From NCBI GenBank assembly GCA_904063045.1, contig CAJFCJ010000007.1, forward strand, positions 1,270,510-1,334,509: 64,000 nt of DNA, read 5' to 3'. How positions within the stretch are numbered: position 1 is the first letter of the stretch; the number at the start of each line of letters is the position of its first letter. The DNA comes from Dimorphilus gyrociliatus (lineage: Eukaryota; Animalia; Annelida). A model generated the notes under the pieces. That model did not search any database. It was not told where the DNA came from and worked only from the letters and a program-made list of their open reading frames with translations. Both the position numbers and the translations under genes were made by a program. This document shows, one piece after another, positions 24,672-38,239 of the stretch.

Positions 24672-27600
24672 TCAAGAAGAACGGAGTGTAATGATGAACG
24701 GAATTACGGCCAACCATTCAGTTTTCAATATATTGGTATTCTGTAAAAAAAATATTTTTTATCATCTCAATTGTTTCTTTCCGACCAGTTTACTTTTGTT
24801 AATTAAACAGTTCTATCACCTTGAACGAAGTCTTCAATAATTGTAAACCTTCAGAATCCATTTCTAGTCTGTCTAATTCTGCTAACAATCTGCATAAATC
24901 ATCCAGTTTTCCCTCACCTTTTCCTTCAACATCGACTTTTAAGAATAAAGCCTAACAATAGAAATAGAAGCCATCTTAGATAAATAATTAATTGAAGTAT
25001 TAAATGATTATGTGTTTGTTATGGCTAAGTACCATGTATTTTGAGATTTCCTCCTCTAATTGATCAAAGTTTACGGTGTCGAATGAATTAGAGAATGTTT
25101 TTTCCAGGTTTCTAATTGTCTCAATTAGTTTAAAGAATGGAACGAATTCCTTTTCGCCGAAAAAGGTCGTTTCAGATTCTACTTGATAAATATGTCGAAG
25201 ATATTTAATTTGTTGCTTTGTCATATCATTTAAATATTCCTTCTCAATTTTGTCAAATTGAACGTGGCTGTTAAAACGAGAGAAAATGTTCTTTTTTGTA
25301 TAAAGATTAATAAACTTTAGAGAATTAAGAACAACTATTTTAGTATTCTTTTCGTGTGTAACAAAAAAATCGTGTTTCTCTCACCCGTCGGCATCTGAGT
25401 CTAGACGCTTAAAAGTCTTTTGTAGCTGAATCAATTGCTCTGCATCCACTAATTTTGTATAATCCGCAAAGCCTTTTAAAGGTTTCGGTACTTTTTCAAC
25501 AGGAGGAGGAGGAGATGGTGGAGAAGGGGTAGGATTTGGAAAAAGTGTACCCTTTTTCTGACTATTATAATAGTAAAAAATGTTAAAATTATGGAAGATT
25601 GATATTAATTTATCATAAGTATTTTACTTGGGATAGTGATCGTTTTGAGATACTTGTTCCTCTTCCTTAGTTCCCTGTCTAATAAAAAATACACAATGAT
25701 TTATTACTATTTGCAATTTGGGACCTTTTTTTCCTGTAAAATTTTTATAGCATGTTTATATAGTATAAAAGAATTTTAATGTTTATTTAAATAGTATAAA
25801 ATTTAATGAAAATAAAAAAAAAAAAGAAAACCAACTCTCTAGTAAACTCTTCCACTTTTTCAGTTGGGGGTGATGGCTCTGGAAACTTTAAGGGAGCGGG
25901 CGAAGGCTTTGCTGTTAGATATTTAAAGAGAAAAACTCTTTTACTTATTTTACATTATTAAATATTTTTTCAGTTGAAAGAAAACTATGAAAATTATGAG
26001 TAAATTAAAAACTGAATGCAAACTAAATTGAATTAAACTAAATATAGTTTTTTTTTATAGCTGTGCTGATTTTGTTTAAGGCATAAAAAAAGTGTTATTT
26101 TCTTTTTATGCGTTAGTTGCACAGCATCACTGCACGCTCTGACGCACCGGCGACCGATGGAATTTGTTCAGGACTGTCGCTAGGTGCCGCCAGTCGCTTC
26201 GGATGAGAACTTAATTGGGTCTTCGCCTTAGCCGGCATACGTAAAGTCACCTTAGTTTTGTTTCTATGTATTCTAGAGACGTCTGTCTTTGAGCGTTGTA
26301 TATTAGGCGCTCTTTCCGTTGTAGTTGTCTTGTTAATTGATGATAAATCTGATGGGAATGATTAACACAATCTTGGTTAGGGTCACAGCAAAAAACAAAC
26401 AAACACATAACCAGGATAAAAGCAAGAAATTCTCTAACGAATAAAACGTTAAGTTAAAAACCACATTGAACTTGATTATTTCCATTTAGAATCGTGTTTA
26501 TGTGTTCAAAAATATTCATAATATTAAAGTATTGTTTACCATAAGAATTGGCAATTGGTAGTTTATGTTTAGGTCTATTAATAGTGTGATCACTATGTTG
26601 AAGAAAGAAAAATCAACGTAATTATTTATTAATATCTAAAATTATTTAGTAAACAACTAATCAAACGTACGGTGGGAGTCTAATACCGCGACCAACGTAT
26701 AAATCTTTCGCTCTTGTAGGTAATTCTACCTGCTTCAGACGGCGAATTTCCCCCAAAATATCCATCCTTTTATCAAAATTGCTTTATCAACGATACAAAT
26801 GAAACGATGCGAAAATATATTACTTTACCTCTCTGTCATAACCACTTTAGTACCCCCAAGTAACATATCAATTGGCAACCTATGCAACATCATCTCCCTC
26901 CTCCTTCTCCACAGCTTCATCTTTTCTTTATACTCCTTTTCAGCTTCAATTCTGTCTCGTTGACTAAAATTACTGAATTATTAATAAAAGATATTACATT
27001 TTCGCTGCCATTAACATGTTGTTTTTAGAACCAGAATACTCACAGCCCTTCTGGATAGCTCCATTTATCTTCCATCTGTTGGACAGATTCTTTTTATTTA
27101 TTAATAAAATAAATTATCCACCATTGATATTACTTCTTGCCTATCTCTGAATAGGAACATATCCCGATTTTTTGAGCCAAAGCTACTTCCGTCGAACTGA
27201 TGAGTCCACATATCGCCATGTCGAGCATTCATTAAAGGTACCTTTTTAACGACAGTCGACGACCTAATAACGATATATTCTTGTTTAATTCAGTATCAAG
27301 CGTATTAAAAACTTTATTAACAATTAGAAAAAAAAGGCATTAGTGTAACTCGTCGATAGACTTTTGAAGCTCATAGAGAGAGAATAAAAGAGTGGAGAAA
27401 AAATTGAAAAAAAAGGAACCCTCTAACGCAATTTATTACAGGCACTAGCCTTATCGTTAGTACATAACTTTCCTCCTCAATAAAAAATAGTGCTCATAAA
27501 AAAAATCGTGGAAAAGCTCTTCGACAGGTTGGATACCTGTTCTTTTTCTCATCTAACTCCAAATTACTATTATTCGTCTCCTTTTTGACGGTCGGAAGAT

Positions 27601-28853
27601 TCATTGGGGTACCAACCACTCGAACATTTTCCAAAGTCTTAGGCCTATTTATTCGTTTCAATTTTAGAAAAAGAAATTGAAAAAACAAAAAAACAAGATA
27701 TAAAACAAAAATTAAAAGCAACTTTATTGGAAGAGCGAGAGAGAGATAGAGAGAGAAAGAAAGAGAGATTCTACATATTTCCCTGCTTCTTTAATCATTT
27801 ATATTATTTAGAAAAAAAGGAAGAGTTATTAATTTGAATTATTAAGGGCAAAATATTTACTAACTTGAAGGATTGAGAGTGGAAGGGTAGGGCTATTGAA
27901 TTAAATTCCCGTTCACCATTTTGCACCTGCTAACAACAGCGCTTAAAAAGTATTAGGTTTTAATAAGGCAGCCAAAGCCTTTTTTTTTTCTTCTTACAAC
28001 TTCTGATCATTCAGAAAAAGAGATCAATATTTAACGGCAAGAAAGTAATATATCTAATATATTATACATATATATATATATTAAAGTATATGCGTTCATA
28101 AGTTATATATATATATATATATATATTAATTTATACAGTATAGATAGTATATTTAGATATCTTTATTCAAAATAATAGAACTTTATATCTATATAAATAT
28201 ATTTATATATTTAACGCATTATAATATTTTATTATATGTCTTGAATTATATATAATAAATCTGTGATTTATATCTAACCTCGATTAGGTTGGATATATGT
28301 GACTTATCTGCTAGACCATTGTAAATTGGCGATTTCGACGACCGCAGAGCCAATGGAAACATTTCCTAGGTTAATCAATGTTGGAAATAATTTTTCTGGT
28401 AATTGCTTGGGTGTAGAGTGTTTTATTCTTAAATGTTTGGCTGTGCAATCGTCACGCCTGCTTTAACTTGGCCGAAAATCCGAATGCAACAATTATTTTA
28501 ATCTGTTTTATTTCGATATTAAAACTAGTCAAAGAATATTGAATTTAGCTAGGATTCTTTTCTGTCTTTGTTTCGCGCAGTTAGACAATAAAGCTATTAT
28601 GCTCTCTTCTTACTCTAGCTAAAGATATACTTATAAAAGGCGTTACCTTATCGATTGGACGAGAGAGGGGGAAAAAACTTCTCTTTTCCGTTACGCCCTT
28701 ATCAAATGAATTTATAGGCAATTTTGGAAGATCTGTTGCATTTGGGGAGATAGAACCTTCACTTCTATGAACAGCTATTCTCTTCCCTATAGACTCCAAA
28801 GAAGCGAGAGAAGGAAGTTTCGAATCGTCTGACGCTCGTTTCATAATCGGCAT
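24672..28853 (-). CDS. Uncharacterised 16-exon gene, ~585 aa, with a Pro-rich linker and C-terminal EF-hand-like motifs
   Basis: Exons: 28853-28647, 28365-28279, 27926-27865, 27644-27537, 27263-27134, 27075-27044, 26963-26829, 26766-26671, 26592-26540, 26348-26241, 25911-25836, 25678-25628, 25561-25385, 25267-25033, 24951-24820, 24740-24672. All are GT-AG and all phases are compatible (1758 nt). EF-hand-like segments are FKRLDSDADGHVQFDKI and FLKVDVEGKGEGKLDDL. Confidence 0.8.
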
Positions 28854-31823
28854 TACAAGCCAGCCACCAATCCCTGATTTCCTGGTCTCTTTAGCAACTC
28901 TCTCGCGCTGGCTCTCACTTAGTTACTCTCTCTTCTCTAACAGATTTTATATACGACTGAATATTTAAATATAGTTATATTTTTATTTTTATACATAACT
29001 ATATACTTGTATTTCTGTCTATATCACAGTTCTAAGCAATCTTTATTTATGGCGGTGAAAGCTCGCCCTCTATAGTCATTAAATGCTTGCTTTTCATTGA
29101 ACGCAGCACTTGATAGGCTCCTTCTATTGTTTCTTTTTCTATAATTCCTCTTTAATTCATGTTTCTACCTTATTCATTTATCTATAAGCATGTTTCGCTT
29201 TAAATCATTCGGGACAAAGCCCTTAAAATTAATACGTACTACAAGAATTTGTCTAAAAAGAATTCATTTATTATTAGCAACCTCTCAATATTCAAAACAC
29301 CTCATAAGAACAATTTATTCTGCACTTGCCACAATACGCTCTTTTCTAGGCCGCAATCGAATTTTTATCTATAGTACCGCAATTCAGCTTAGCCTTTAGA
29401 ATGTTACATTTATAAAGTGATACAAATTATATTTTTCTATACATTTTTATATATTTTAGTATATACAGTATATATATATATACATAATAGCCGAAACTCC
29501 TTCATACCAAAAAGGTTCAAAGAAATAAAACCTACTCGAAATAAGTAGACTCCTGTAAAGCTAAATGGCTTGTAGAATATAGTATTTAATACATAAATGA
29601 ACATAGAATTTAACTAATTATTGGAAGATATTGTAATATTATAGTAATAATGATTAATTATTCAACGAATACATTAGAAGAATATTACGTAAATCGTAAG
29701 GGAACTACACTCATACTGTATAAGGAAGGGAAAGTAATTATTCGTGTTATTTTGAGGATATTGTTCCGTCATGACTTACTGACTACTGTAAGCTTACTTG
29801 GTAGAGTCTTGGACTCGAAAGCTACCAACTTAGATACTTAAGCAATTGAATAGATAAAATATTTTCGATAGACCCCTATTGGTTTATATAATTATTTTTT
29901 GATTAATGATTTATATTTTTTTTAAAAAACTACGCTTTTAGAAGAAAAAAAAGTGGCAATTAGCATCTTTTAGGCTGCCATTTGCGGGAAATACAAAGAG
30001 CTATTAACAAAAAATGATTTGAACAAATGATGCGTTTACGTGAGTATATATTAAACTTTTCACTGTCTATTAGTCTAAACGTGTTACTGAAGAAATTATT
30101 TAACCTAGTTTGATTTATGAGACTTTAACTGTTGGCAACTAGACGATACTGAAAAAATGGGGAAAGAATGTAGGCAGAATTGTAACAGTAATTATAGGCC
30201 TCAATACTCTTTAACAGCAATTAATAGTTTATCAATAAATAGCAAACAGACATAACCGATTTCGTCATTTCCTTTAATTAGCACAATATATGAATAATTG
30301 ATTATTCTCAGGTGTTGACTAAAAAAGTGAAAAAGCAAAACAAGAACCAAATAATATAAACATTTACTATTCATTCGTATATCATTCGCTAATAACAACA
30401 AAAAAGCAAATAAGGCCTATTTGTCAATTAGTACCTTCGTATTATTTATTTCAATCAAATATTCACTCACTGTTACTTTCATTACGTATATAAAAAGTTG
30501 AAAGTGTATAAAGCAACTATGTGTATAATGTTTACTATAAAATCAACAAATAAGCTTAATTTCTTTTAATTACTTATTTATAACTTATGAAAAAAAATGC
30601 TATAAAATTAAATTTAAGCACTTATTACTTAATGGTCAAACGATATTATATAAATACTTAAATTACATAAATTATACATAAAAATAATGAACGTTTTCCC
30701 ACAGAATTTAAACTTAATTTATAATTTATATAGAAATAATATAATTGAATATTTTTACTAAATAATTAAACAATAATAAATGATGGATAGATGATTAGTT
30801 CTCCATTTTAATGGTATTTTAGAAGAAAAATAGAATATTCTCACATATTTTTTTTCTATTGAATTTAGAAGGTTTACAAAGAATTTACTTCAGACTAAAG
30901 GATCATTGCGGATGTAATCTAACGTAATAAATAACGATTTAATGGGATAGTCAGTTTGCTATTTATAATAATCTTATTATTTTTCTGGGTTTTATTATTA
31001 TTATTATTGTATTGTTCTAAATAACAGACAAAGGGAATATTACGAAAAAGCTAACCTCCAATAATGCCATTGCTAATTTAGGAAAGAAAAAGAAAAGAAA
31101 GCATTCAAACGATTAAATTAACGTTATTTTTTACACTAAATGAACTTTGTACATCAAAGTACATTATACTTGTTTAATGATCAAAAAAGAGCATGCTGCT
31201 ATATTTTCTGGACTATATAGGATAACATAAAAATATGTTAATGTGGATTTTACTGCTCCTTTTTACGCCTAAAGAGACTGTTAATGCCACCTATCAGTCG
31301 GTTCTATTATTAAAAATAATAATTTTATTATTTATCGAATATTATATTCTATTTTGTTATTCTTATATTAAAATATTCTTTCCCTTCAGTAAATTGATAT
31401 GAAAAGTAAATAATTATTTTTAAGTGTTTACTCCAAAATGTAAATTATTGCCTAAACACATGTTTTACGCAATTAGGGGAAGAGATCTACTTAAAGAAAA
31501 TTTTTAAATAAATTACCCATCTTCTGTAGTGCCTTTCACAATATAAATATTGTTAAAAAAAAGTATCTATATATAAATTTATCTATTATTTAAATACTAC
31601 TCGGTATATATATATATATATTTATATATATGTATATATTTTTCAAAGAATGGTACTTTTTGAAAAGCATGAGTTAATTGGGAAGCCATTTTGTTTCTTG
31701 AACCAGTAAGGTAACAATTGACTCTTTAAAGTATAATCAACTTCATTTGGTAAAATTTTAACAAATAAAAAAGGTTACTACTGTATCGATTTTTATGACA
31801 GAGGCAAATATAAATTATTGAAT

Positions 31824-33489
31824 ATGGTAAGATAATTAGAAACGACACCTTCATGTTATAACCCATATACTAATACGATATCTATTTCTACAGCGACGCG
31901 ATCTATCTGACGAAGTTAATGAATTCAATTTCTATTCAATAAAAAGTAATATTGAGATAGTTGAATGCCAGCCAATTTTTTGTACATTGATAGAGCTTGT
32001 AAAAATTGGCGATTTGGCAACGTCAAAGCATCTTTTGAGTAATGAAACTATAAATAATAAAGAAGATTTATATCTTGTATGTAGTGAAGAAGCAATTACG
32101 TCAAATCAAAAAGACATGTTTATTTTCTACGTACATAAAAGGGTTTCACTTTTCGAAAGACAACGCCGATTTAGAAAACATATCGATAGTCTTGATCATT
32201 TCTTTGACAAAATGGCTTCCGAACTGATAGAGAGAGGGAAGGCATCATGGTTAAAATTTTTACGTGTTGCTCTGGGACAACATCTTAGTAGACGTAATCC
32301 CGAAAATTTAGAAAAACAACTACAAATCGCCGTCTCTAATAACCAAAGATCCTGTTTTGATTTGCTATTGAATGAATGTAACGGAATATTTGGGAAAGAT
32401 ACTTACGGTATCATTTTAAGAAGTGGATTCTGCGATAAGCTTAAAATTTTAAAAGATATCATATCTTCCGTATTGTTTTATCATTCTAAAGTTATCTCTA
32501 AAATAGTCTATTTATGCCTTAAAGCAAACACTTGTTTGGATGACATAAAATCAATTATACCATTCGATAGATTGAGCAACGAAACCGTTCAAAGCCTATG
32601 TTGTATTGCAATATCTTTGAATAGATTCGATTTTTTCAAATATTGCATAATTGAGAAAAAATGCGATCTATCCGACGATTTAATCCACAATACGTTAAAT
32701 CTATCAAGCGAATTGCAATTTTTCGATCGTTTCCCGAGAAGATACAAAAAGTACTTTGAAAGAAAATTGATTTTGAAGAAAGATACACTAGGATTAGAAG
32801 AGCTAAAAATTCTAACAAATCCACCTATTTTACTTTCTCTTATGAAAACTAAAGAATTTGATGATTGGCAATATTTAAAAAATATTATCTTCAAATATTT
32901 GTTTGTCAGGGAAGGAATAATCTTAGATTCGAAGGTGTCTTGGGAAAGGAAACGGCAGAGTTTGGAAATATTTTGCATATTGATCCATTATAGTGAAAAC
33001 AAACAGGGATTACAACAACAGGACGTTGATTCGGCAATCAACTCGATCATTCAAGCCTCGAATAATTCATACAGGAGATCATTTGTAAAGTATTGTGCAA
33101 GATTAATTGCAACGCTATATCGGTATGGTTACGGCTTACACGAAATAGCCAATAGTTTCGTCTATAGGTACTATTTCCTAATTGAAGATGCACATCAGCT
33201 ACTATTCAAGACAGTTCTTGCGGGATGCTCCCAAAAGAATTACAATTTATTAATGGAATCTCATACCACTTGTTTTACGGTTATGCCATTGTGGAAAATG
33301 TGCAGAATAGTAGTTAGGAATGCAATTCGTAAGCCTTATACTAAAAATCTAAATCATATGATGAAAATGGAGAATCTACCATTTTTTATTGAAAAACTCA
33401 TGAACTTTGAAAAGGAAATGGAAAGTATAGACATTCAAATTATAGATTTTTCAATTATCAACGATATTGTTCACATTTATAACTTGTAA
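31824..33489 (+). CDS. SOCS/BC-box family member 1 (ATG-only exon 31824-31826 + exon 31894-33489)
   Basis: ATG|GTAAGA...TTTCTACAG gives a phase-0 join into the 500-aa ORF. C-terminal motif MPLWKMCRIVVRNAIRKPY...LPFFIEKLM. Confidence 0.82.
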
Positions 33490-34222
33490 AATTTTTTTGA
33501 ATGAAGATTATTTCTATATTATTCTATACAAACAAGTAAACAACCGTAAAGAGCTTGTGTTTCCATTTGTTCTAGAAATTCTCTTATTATTTCGATTAAG
33601 CGTGAAGAGTCTTACAGTTGATTAAATTCTTATTGAAACTGTTATTAAGCTAAAAATATATGAAAATAATGTTAATTAAAGGGCGTTAATTCTTATATAT
33701 ACAATATAGATAAGTATTTTGGCCTATACATGTGTTTTTTTTTTAATTATATAACCGGATGTAGTATTATAACCTTAATTTAGTACTACCAATTGTTATT
33801 TTAGAATAAATTAACATAATAGTTAATAAATTAACTTGTTATTATTTTTATCACATTTTTGACGAAAAGTTTAGTGAAATATTTATTTTCTCTACTTATT
33901 AAAAAGTAATTGTTTCGTAGATATTCCCACTCCTATCTCATTTAATTTCCGTAAAATTTTACTCTAAGTAGTTGGACGAGACGCCATATATAAATAGAAA
34001 TATATTTTCATTAAGACTTTATTTACTTTGGGAAAATATACAAAAAAAAAATTACTTAATCATCATTTTCTCATGTTTTTCATATTATTTACAAACGGAT
34101 TTTAGTTAGCCTGACATATGCAGTTAAGTTTTCAACGAAACCTTGACTAACGCTTTACTCTCTTTAAAAGTAGAGGAATTGTGATTAAATTTGACTTTCC
34201 ATCTCAAATTATCAACTCCAAT

Positions 34223-36074
34223 ATGGTAAGTAAATTTGAATTTGTTAACATAATTGAAGTCAAGAGAGTCTAATACATTCATTAATTAGGAAAAGGCTAG
34301 AGAAAACCAAAAGGGTGAGAAAACAAGGTCACAAAGCAGTATTCAAGAAAAATTAAGTCAACTTGCCGAAGAAGGCGATTTAAATTCTATTATGACTTTC
34401 GTTGCTAATTCGCCTAGTTCAACTAGAGCGAGATACATCACAGTGTGTTTGAGAGAGCTAGCCGAGAGGGGTAATGAAATTACCTACCGACTCCTAATCA
34501 AGAGGACATTTGGCGAATTTCGTGCGAATCTAGAGGCAAAGTATGATGTTCTTGCAGCAATAAAACTTCTTAAAGCTTTTTATGAAACCGTATCTGTCGA
34601 TGTAATTTACATAGATAGGTCGTCATTTTTGAATATAATCAAAGAGGAAGCCTTAAAACTTGTCAAGCCTGGAAAAAAACTACCTAGTATAAATTGGGAA
34701 TTACATAAGGCAATTGCGTGCAAGATGAAACATTGTTTTTCTGCTGCAGTAAAATGTTTCATAGAAAGCAAAGATTGGGGAGCAATTTCTCTTATTTTAA
34801 GATCCAACTTTAGAGAAAAAATCAGCTTATGTGAAAGAATTATAGCAGAAATCCAAACAGAATATGATATAATGTCAAACGTTATACGCAAGTGTCTAGA
34901 GAACAAAGTAACACTTAAAGCTCTTGTTAAAATTATTCGCTTTGACCTATTGGATACGGAGAGTAGGAGGAAACTATTTTGCTCAGCTTTGAGTGAAAAT
35001 CGACCAGAAGTTATTCATTTTGGCATAAAAGAAAATTTATTCAAGTTGCAAGGAGATTTACTAGTTTTAACTTTCTCTTCTGAATGCTTTGAAGAATTAC
35101 TAAACAGCTATTTCGATATATACAGAAATTATATACATCAACTATTAACTGGTCGTTTTGGGTGTTGCTCGGACAGTAGGGCTTTACATTATCTAGTTGA
35201 TCCAAGAACTTTACAGATACTTTTCAAGCACAAAGAATTCGATAATAACCGAATCTATAAAGATGAAATGTTTAGATTCTTATTTGTTTCTTGCGAAAAT
35301 TTACTATCCCCATTCACTTGTATGGAAAATCGTTATACGGCTGTTTCAGCTTTTTGTATATTGCTTGATTATAGTAAAAACATTGGCGGACTCTCTCAGG
35401 ATGTTATCAATACCGCCTTTTCTACGATAGTTTTCGCTAATGGTACAAAATTCGAAGAATCTTTAGTAAACTTTCAAATATACGTCACCACAACTATGAC
35501 ATCACACGGTTATACTTTTACCGAATTGGAATTGTCTCAAGAATTTTTAGATGGCTTAAAAGGAAGTAAAAAACTTTCCAACTTATTAGATCTACTAATC
35601 GAAATATCGGATCAAACCCATTTCAATATCTTCAATAGGAAAATTAAAGGCAACAATACTATCATGACTTTAAAGGGAATGGCGAGACGAACTATAAGAC
35701 GGCATGTGAAAATACCATTTCGAAGAAATTTAAAACGTTTGATTAGACAATATTGTTTACCGTTTATTATAGAGCAGCTGTTAAATCTACACAATGAATT
35801 TGCTGAATTGGATGCACATCCAATCAAATTCGAAATAGACGATCAGGAGGGAGTAACGTTTGTCGACGAAGATGAGGCTATCGCTTCTCCCGACTTTATT
35901 CTTATAGAGAACTTTAGTTTTTTTAGAGATATAAATTGTTATTGCGTTAATAATAATAATAATATCATTGTTGAAGAATTCCCGCCATATCCAATTGAAC
36001 CGGAGGTTGTTGCGCCTGCAGTTCAGGAAATCGAACAAGAAGATCTTACAAAATTTTGCGAAGCATTTGTATAA
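34223..36074 (+). CDS. SOCS/BC-box family member 2 (ATG-only exon 34223-34225 + exon 34290-36074)
   Basis: ATG|GTAAGT...TTAATTAG joins in frame. Ankyrin-like start LSQLAEEGDLNSI; motif MTLKGMARRTIRRHVKIPF...LPFIIEQLL; acidic tail. Confidence 0.85.
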
Positions 36075-37655
36075 TAATTTATGAAGTTTGTATATGAAAT
36101 GGAAAGATATCAACTAAATGATAAACTAACAAAGTAACATAATTAAATCAACTATTTGCCGAAAGAACCTTTAACCTAACAGCAAACTATCGACAAACTC
36201 AAATTTATCCATTTGCAGTTGTGCACGAAAAGTAAATACATCTTTTGATATTGTTTCAGAATTAGATTAATTACATGATTTCTCTTGATTTTTATTATCT
36301 CTTGTATGATTCCTATTAGGAGTAGGGATAATTGTCATTTCCTTCTATAGAAATTATTCTTTCATTTTACGAATTGAGAGAGAAGAGAGAGAGAGAGAGC
36401 TACTCTATGCTGACTTAGGAGTTTGGTGCACTGCTTTCAACTGTAATAGAAATAATAATTACTTACTCTTAACATTATAGATGGCTCTCCGCTCCATAAC
36501 ATCGTAGCAAATCAATCAATAATTTTAATAACTAAAATGACAGTAACTTACAAAAAGGGGCAATCTAGATATATCATAATCTTTATTTATTAAGGCCTAT
36601 TAATAAGGCAATACAAATTCTTTTAACTGTCAATGATATTTAACTTTTTCACACATCGAACTTTTTTGTTTTTTCTAAAAAACAAATCTTCACTTGTTAA
36701 ACATAAATTGAGATGAGATTAATCAACAAATCATCAATAAATCATTCATTATCCATTGATTTCTTTAATTAGTCAAACAAAGATGATCTTAGCTTGTTCA
36801 TGTTTATAATTGTTACCTATTTTTCAATACAGATACTACTGTCACCAAAGTGAAAGTATTGTTTCACTATTTCCCCAGGTACTTGTTAAAAACTTTAGTT
36901 TTATAGGCGAAAACGATGCATTTATTTATATCTTCAGTTAATCTATAGAATTATGAATGAAGAATTTGAAAAATTTTATTAGAGACAATGATAGTCTATA
37001 TCGTAGGTTTTTTTTCTATATGAATGAATACAATCTATTGAAAATGAATAGTAAACGTCCATTTATAGACGCAAGGCATTTATTAGGTAAATCTCCATGG
37101 TGCTGGCTAGTTTGCAATGGCAATTATGCAAAACTTTGTACAAATTATAAAAGGATAGTAATATTTCTTATTTAATATTGAAAGAAAGACTCATTTATAT
37201 ACATATATATATAAATATAAATGTTGATACGTTTTCCATTATTACCACCATTCATGTCTCATTTATCACGTATGATTGATGAAATAATTGGAAAACATTC
37301 AAGCTATTTTAAGTTGTCATAAAACTAGTCTGAACCCTCTATTTTCGGTGACCTATGCATCTTATTAAGATGCCTAACGGTGCCTGCATAAATTTAATAT
37401 CATTCTATTCCATTAATCATATGATTAATGGTCCAAGTGACCTAATTATATGTTGTTTTTTCCCTCTGTATTTCTTTTTGTATGTATGTCTTTGGTCCAT
37501 ATTTGTAAATGAAACCAATTTGATATAATATATTTTCTTTCTGACGAAACGTATCGTTTAGAGCCTGCATGGAATTTCTCCTCATAAGTAAATAGGGATT
37601 AATGTCTCTTTGCTAGGATTACTAGAATCTTGATTAATAAGAAAAAAAATCTAAG

Positions 37656-37658
<3 letters not shown>

Positions 37659-37695
<37 letters not shown>

Positions 37696-37704
37696 ACTCA
37701 CTCA
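37659..37704. repeat. (CT)n/(CACT)n microsatellite
   Basis: Direct reading. Confidence 0.9.
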
Positions 37705-38239
37705 TATGTTCCCTTTTGCTCTCTCTCTCTCTATCTCTCTCTTTGTAATTGGTGGCCTTGAATCATTGCAATTTTGCAACATTTCTTCTCAGCAACAAAA
37801 TATTAAAAACAAAAAAATGTTTAGAATTTTTTTGAGAATCAAAAACAAATGAACGATGATTTTCGTAGATTTAGGCAATCTGTTTGTTATTATTATCTAC
37901 TTAAAACAATAACTTCAATATATATCTGAGAAATTTTGATGCTTTTATTCTAAAATATGGTAGAACAAAAATAGATACTTTTTGCTGAATGTTATTACTA
38001 GAATGTTTCAATTTTTATTTATTGTATTATGTGAAAGGTAATCTGTATTTTATAGAACGGTGGAGCATCTAGTTACTATTTAGTTTACATACTTTTAAGT
38101 TTTTATAATGGACACTAGATGGCTCTGTCTATTGGGTGGGAAAGTATAGTGTTTTGTCGAATGATAACTGGTAATTTTGTTTAACCGTCAAGTATTGTCG
38201 CCCAAGTAGTCTTCTTCGCTCATATTGTAATACTTAACA

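Noticed and set aside
29000-31800. Short ORFs and isolated splice-like signals (e.g. GTGAGT near 30040) in the spacer before the array
   Set aside because: No consistent exon chain or recognisable product. These could be UTR exons but are unsupported.
1-33489. Functional link between the JAK gene and the SOCS-box array
   Set aside because: JAK-regulating SOCS proteins need an SH2 domain, and none is visible in the array. Five unrelated genes lie in between, so the linkage is probably coincidental.
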